From: an uncultured virus (IMG/VR IMGVR_UViG_3300005193_000001)
Lineage: Duplodnaviria; Heunggongvirae; Uroviricota; Caudoviricetes
Virus record (IMG/VR): IMGVR_UViG_3300005193_000001
Location: 186,001 to 250,000 of that record
Reading direction: 5' to 3' (one strand)
DNA: 64,000 nt
Part shown: piece by piece, positions 60,602 to 64,000 of the stretch
Layout: each line of letters starts with the position of its first letter
Position numbering within the stretch: position 1 is the stretch's first letter
Notes under the pieces: model-generated
Told to the model about the DNA's origin: nothing
Databases searched by the model: none
What the model saw: only the letters and a program-made list of their open reading frames with translations
Translations under genes and position numbers: made by a program

Positions 60602-61155
60602 AGACTTACTTGACTGCGGACCTACATTTGGGCCACAAGAACATTATCGACTACTGCAACAGGCCGTTTTCCGGTCTCGATCAGATGCATGAATACCTTC
60701 TGGCTCAAATTCAGGAGGCGGTCGATCCCGGAGACGAGCTTTGGATCTTGGGAGACCTGACGGGGCCGCACACGTTCGACGACCTCAGGTCGTTTTTGGC
60801 GCAGATCCCGTGCCCGATTCATTGGATCGAGGGCAATCACGCTCCCGACCTTGACAAAATCTCGGATCTCGTGGAGCACGAAGGCCACTACGCCGAGATC
60901 AAGTCTGGGATTAAGAACGCAGAAGGCTACGGGCTTTCGATTGCGCTTTCCCACTACCCCATGGTTCGTTGGAATGGCTCCGCTCACGGGCACTTTCACG
61001 CCCACGGGCACGTCCACGATGGTCTTAGGGAGAAGAACTTGGGGGAACGCCGAATGGACGTTGGTGTGGACGCTCAAGGATTTAAGCCGATATCGGTCAA
61101 AGATTTGGCGCTCGTTTTGAAGCAAGTCACGCCTCCTAAAGACAGAGAAAAGTAG
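60598..61155 (+). CDS. calcineurin-like metallophosphoesterase
   Basis: TADLHLGH, ILGD, EGNH, SHYP, HGHVH, DVGVD. Confidence 0.9.
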   Translation: MKTYLTADLHLGHKNIIDYCNRPFSGLDQMHEYLLAQIQEAVDPGDELWILGDLTGPHTFDDLRSFLAQIPCPIHWIEGNHAPDLDKISDLVEHEGHYAEIKSGIKNAEGYGLSIALSHYPMVRWNGSAHGHFHAHGHVHDGLREKNLGERRMDVGVDAQGFKPISVKDLALVLKQVTPPKDREK

Positions 61156-61706
61156 CGAGAGCGGTTCGAAACAAGAGTAGGTACTTAGACATTTACGAAG
61201 AACGAGAAGCGAGAAAGACTCGCTCAGAACTGCATCCTTAACAGCTTCACGTATGAGAGAAACTAGCATCAGCCTCTTAGTAAAAGATGACCATGTCACA
61301 TTTCACACTTCCGACAAAGGGACAGCAAAATCGATCAAGAATCGTCTCGAAGAGCGGGGCGCGGATTGGGAGTGGTCCGAGTACCAGTGCGGAGAAGGCT
61401 CTTGGAAATTCCTAGTATCGAAAGAAGATTGTAGAGCGCCCAGCAGAATCATTAAGAACCCGGCTCCAAACATAGGATGATTCGAAACAGCGTTTTTGGA
61501 TGCCCGTTCAGAGTTGTGAGGCACTTCGCTTGCGACGATTGGGTTGTGGAACCTACGCCCACCGTTCTCGGAGTGTCGTTCACTACTGTATTTTTTGCCG
61601 TTGCTGGCCGTCCGTTCAAAGACGAAGACAGGGCAAAAAGCTTCGCAACGATTTTGAACGAGGGCAACCAGCATCCTCTACCTCCATTCACGACAAAAAC
61701 GAGTTC

Positions 61707-62210
61707 ATGAGCTTTGAAAAGAGACATGTTGGAGAAACCCGAGAAGTCGAAGACCCGTCGCCGTACGGAGACGGAAAGCACGAGTGGTCTCCATACCCCG
61801 AAGCTCTGGATGTTGGGAGGCTTGCTGAAGTTGCTCAAGACATGATCGAGCAGGTGGCGGACGTCGAAGTCACGAGAGAACGTGGCGACGACGGCGTAAG
61901 GTACGACGGTCCTCCACTTCACCCGAGGTTCTTCGTTACGGCGTTCAAGCCCGAAAAGGCGCTCTCAAAAGAGAAACTCGATTTCGCTTTTGAAGATCAA
62001 GGGCGCGACGCTCTGGAAGAGGTGATGATGGTAATTCTGCAGATGGGCATCGAGCAGGGACTTAGGCTCGCGAGGGGCGAGTGGATGGACAAGGATATGG
62101 TAAAACGTGCACTTAACAATTTGGAAGAAAGAAGAGACGAGCTTCCGGACGAGTACTTGGACAACCAAGTCGAAATGATCAAAAATCAACTTTCAATAGA
62201 CGAATCATGA
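61707..62210 (+). CDS. hypothetical protein
   Basis: Probable start MSFEKRH; YDGPPL..QGRDALE..LQMGIEQG. Confidence 0.7.
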   Translation: MSFEKRHVGETREVEDPSPYGDGKHEWSPYPEALDVGRLAEVAQDMIEQVADVEVTRERGDDGVRYDGPPLHPRFFVTAFKPEKALSKEKLDFAFEDQGRDALEEVMMVILQMGIEQGLRLARGEWMDKDMVKRALNNLEERRDELPDEYLDNQVEMIKNQLSIDES

Positions 62211-62548
62211 ACAAAACAGTAGCAGGAGCTTCGGCAGTAATTGGCTTCTTCGGATTCTTACTTCTCATCTTCTTTCTCGCTCTTTTTGACGTTGGGCTAA
62301 AGAAGGTCATTTGGCCTCTGGAAGAGGAAGCGAGACGCGAGAAGTATGAAGAGTCCAGAACTCACGTCGAGGGAACTATCGACGATCTCTACAGGCTCCG
62401 AACCAAGTGGTCGAAGGCTGAAGGTGGCCACAAAGAAATGCTGGAGGGCCGGATTCTGCGTCGTGCACGCGACGTCGATCCATCGGAGCTTCCTCCGGAA
62501 ATCGATTCTTTCGTTGATTCTCTCAGAAAAGAAAGCATGAACAAATGA
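62207..62548 (+). CDS. N-terminally anchored membrane protein
   Basis: Single TM followed by helical domain. Confidence 0.7.
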   Translation: MNKTVAGASAVIGFFGFLLLIFFLALFDVGLKKVIWPLEEEARREKYEESRTHVEGTIDDLYRLRTKWSKAEGGHKEMLEGRILRRARDVDPSELPPEIDSFVDSLRKESMNK

Positions 62549-63051
62549 AGCGACTCATTCCACTACTTTTCGCTTTCGCAATCGTAACAATGGGTGCCGA
62601 GGGTTGCGGCGGTAGCGGGTCTGAAGCCCAACAACAAGCTCGTGAAGACGTTGAACAGCTTGCTGACGAGCTTTATGCCGAGGTCGGAACGCCTGAGATC
62701 AACAATTTCCAGGAGTTTAAGGTAGCGAAGGAAATCATGGAACTTCGCGATCAAGAGCTTACGACTTGGACCTACATTGTTGATCGAGACGGCCAGAAGC
62801 ACCTCGTGTGCAAGTCCTTGGGATACGGCCTTCCGTACTCTACTCAACTCACAAATCCCGAGAAGACAATCCACGAAGGTCACGGCGGAGATCATTCACT
62901 TCCGCAACGGGAACCGAACGGGCTCTACATGCCGGACAACGTTTCAGCGACGTGGGTACTTTGTCAGGACGATAGCGAACGTGGCTACAGTCCACAGTAC
63001 GTGGAGCCGCGAATTATGGTCTTGACGAGCAAGGCTGAAAGTCTGGAGTAA
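62545..63051 (+). CDS. putative lipoprotein
   Basis: Signal peptide with AEGC; SLGYGLPYSTQLTNP, EPNGLY, ATWVLC, YVEP. Confidence 0.75.
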   Translation: MKRLIPLLFAFAIVTMGAEGCGGSGSEAQQQAREDVEQLADELYAEVGTPEINNFQEFKVAKEIMELRDQELTTWTYIVDRDGQKHLVCKSLGYGLPYSTQLTNPEKTIHEGHGGDHSLPQREPNGLYMPDNVSATWVLCQDDSERGYSPQYVEPRIMVLTSKAESLE

Positions 63052-63064
63052 GACGACGAAGGGG

Positions 63065-63097
63065 AGGAGACGTCGCCAACAGGTGGCGTCTCCTTTT
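63065..63097. terminator. hairpin terminator between convergent genes
   Basis: AGGAGACGTCGCC-AACA-GGTGGCGTCTCCT followed by TTT. Confidence 0.75.
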
Positions 63098-63380
63098 ACT
63101 TCGTTCTGAGTTCGGTCTCGAAGTCCATGAGTTCTTGGTAAAGGTCCTTTTGATCTTCTACCATTCCACGAGCCCAATCCGCCATTTCGGGACAGTCTCG
63201 CTGCGTGAGGTTGTAAATGTCTTCAAGTTTTGCCGTAGTGTACTCTACGGTTTCTCTCGTCTCACGAACACACTGCACGAGCTCGTCTTTGTCCCTTCCT
63301 TGGAAACTTCCCTTAATGGGAAGGTCTTCCATGACCTCAGAGACGAGACCTCTGAGTTTCTGCTTGTCTAGCTTTTTCAT
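63096..63380 (-). CDS. hypothetical protein (KLRGLVSEVME motif)
   Basis: Counter-oriented gene with TATTTA 27 nt upstream. Confidence 0.65.
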   Translation of the reverse strand: MKKLDKQKLRGLVSEVMEDLPIKGSFQGRDKDELVQCVRETRETVEYTTAKLEDIYNLTQRDCPEMADWARGMVEDQKDLYQELMDFETELRTK

Positions 63381-64000
63381 TTCAATTCTTTTGGTCTTTT
63401 ACAGCTTTAAATAAGCCCATGTGCTGTCTTTTTTCGTTATACGGATCAACATGTTTGCCTTCCCGAATGTCGGTCTAATCCGAACAACGACAACCATCTC
63501 CATTCCTGACGGCTGGTACGATTCCAAGCTTTGGGAAATGAAGCGAGAGCTATGGAGAAGTGAAAGAGCACTTGACAAGCTCTTAACAAGCCCACGGGAA
63601 CCTTCGTTTGGGTTCGTGCGTGCAACACAACGCGATCATCTTCAAAGGGCACGTTTTCGCCTCATGCAAGTTCTCGTAGAAGCGTTGGAGGACATTCTTC
63701 CCGACAAGACGGAATATGTGGCTCGATCTCAAAGTGCCGTTTACTTTTCTTCTCGCGGAATAGAAGAGGTTTCGAAGAATCTCGACAAGGCGTTGAAGCG
63801 CAGAGGAATCGTGGTCGAGGTCTTTGACAATCCAGCTTCTCCCCAAGTTCGCGTCGAGCTTAAAGACGTGAAAAGAGAGATAGAGAAGGCAGAAGAGTTG
63901 GCCGATTATCTGGCTTACAAGCATTACAGAAACACGCGAGACGACGAGTACGTTCCGGAAAAACCAACTGCAGAAGACTACAAGGAGTTGAAAAAAGAGC

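Noticed and set aside
1..64000. CRISPR array, transposase, integrase or reverse transcriptase
   Set aside because: No regularly spaced repeats or diagnostic motifs seen by eye

Overview
This window is part of a large (jumbo-type) dsDNA bacteriophage genome. The strongly acidic proteome and SD-less A/C-rich translation leaders suggest a halophilic bacterial host such as Salinibacter/Rhodothermota (inference). Positions 1-43.8 kb are mostly minus strand: a dispersed array of 14 tRNA genes (4 Leu, 4 Ser, 2 Arg, 2 Thr, Gly, Val), a T7-type amidase, an HhH DNA glycosylase, two RNA ligases, a chorismate-mutase-like protein, Nudix, AAA ATPases, phosphoesterases, two RNase H folds, Hsp20, Dps, a SpoT/Mesh1-like HD hydrolase, a MoxR/vWA pair, a beta-propeller protein and a CCA-adding enzyme. 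After a T-rich strand switch at about 44 kb comes a plus-strand run of short, mostly unknown early-type genes. The most striking unannotated signals are non-coding: (1) a free-standing ~480-nt group I intron-like RNA fold at 56.3-56.8 kb that interrupts no recognisable gene; (2) a 183-nt tRNA-shaped RNA with a 4-nt anticodon loop and a 116-nt structured insert at 49.3 kb; (3) a repeated promoter pattern (11-bp-spaced TT(C/A)A boxes, then GAAAC-N16/17-YGT) at about 13 sites; (4) a duplicated structured element at 43.3 and 54.3 kb; (5) atypical, possibly 8/4-type, Ser tRNAs. All calls were made by eye from motifs and pairing; no searches were run.
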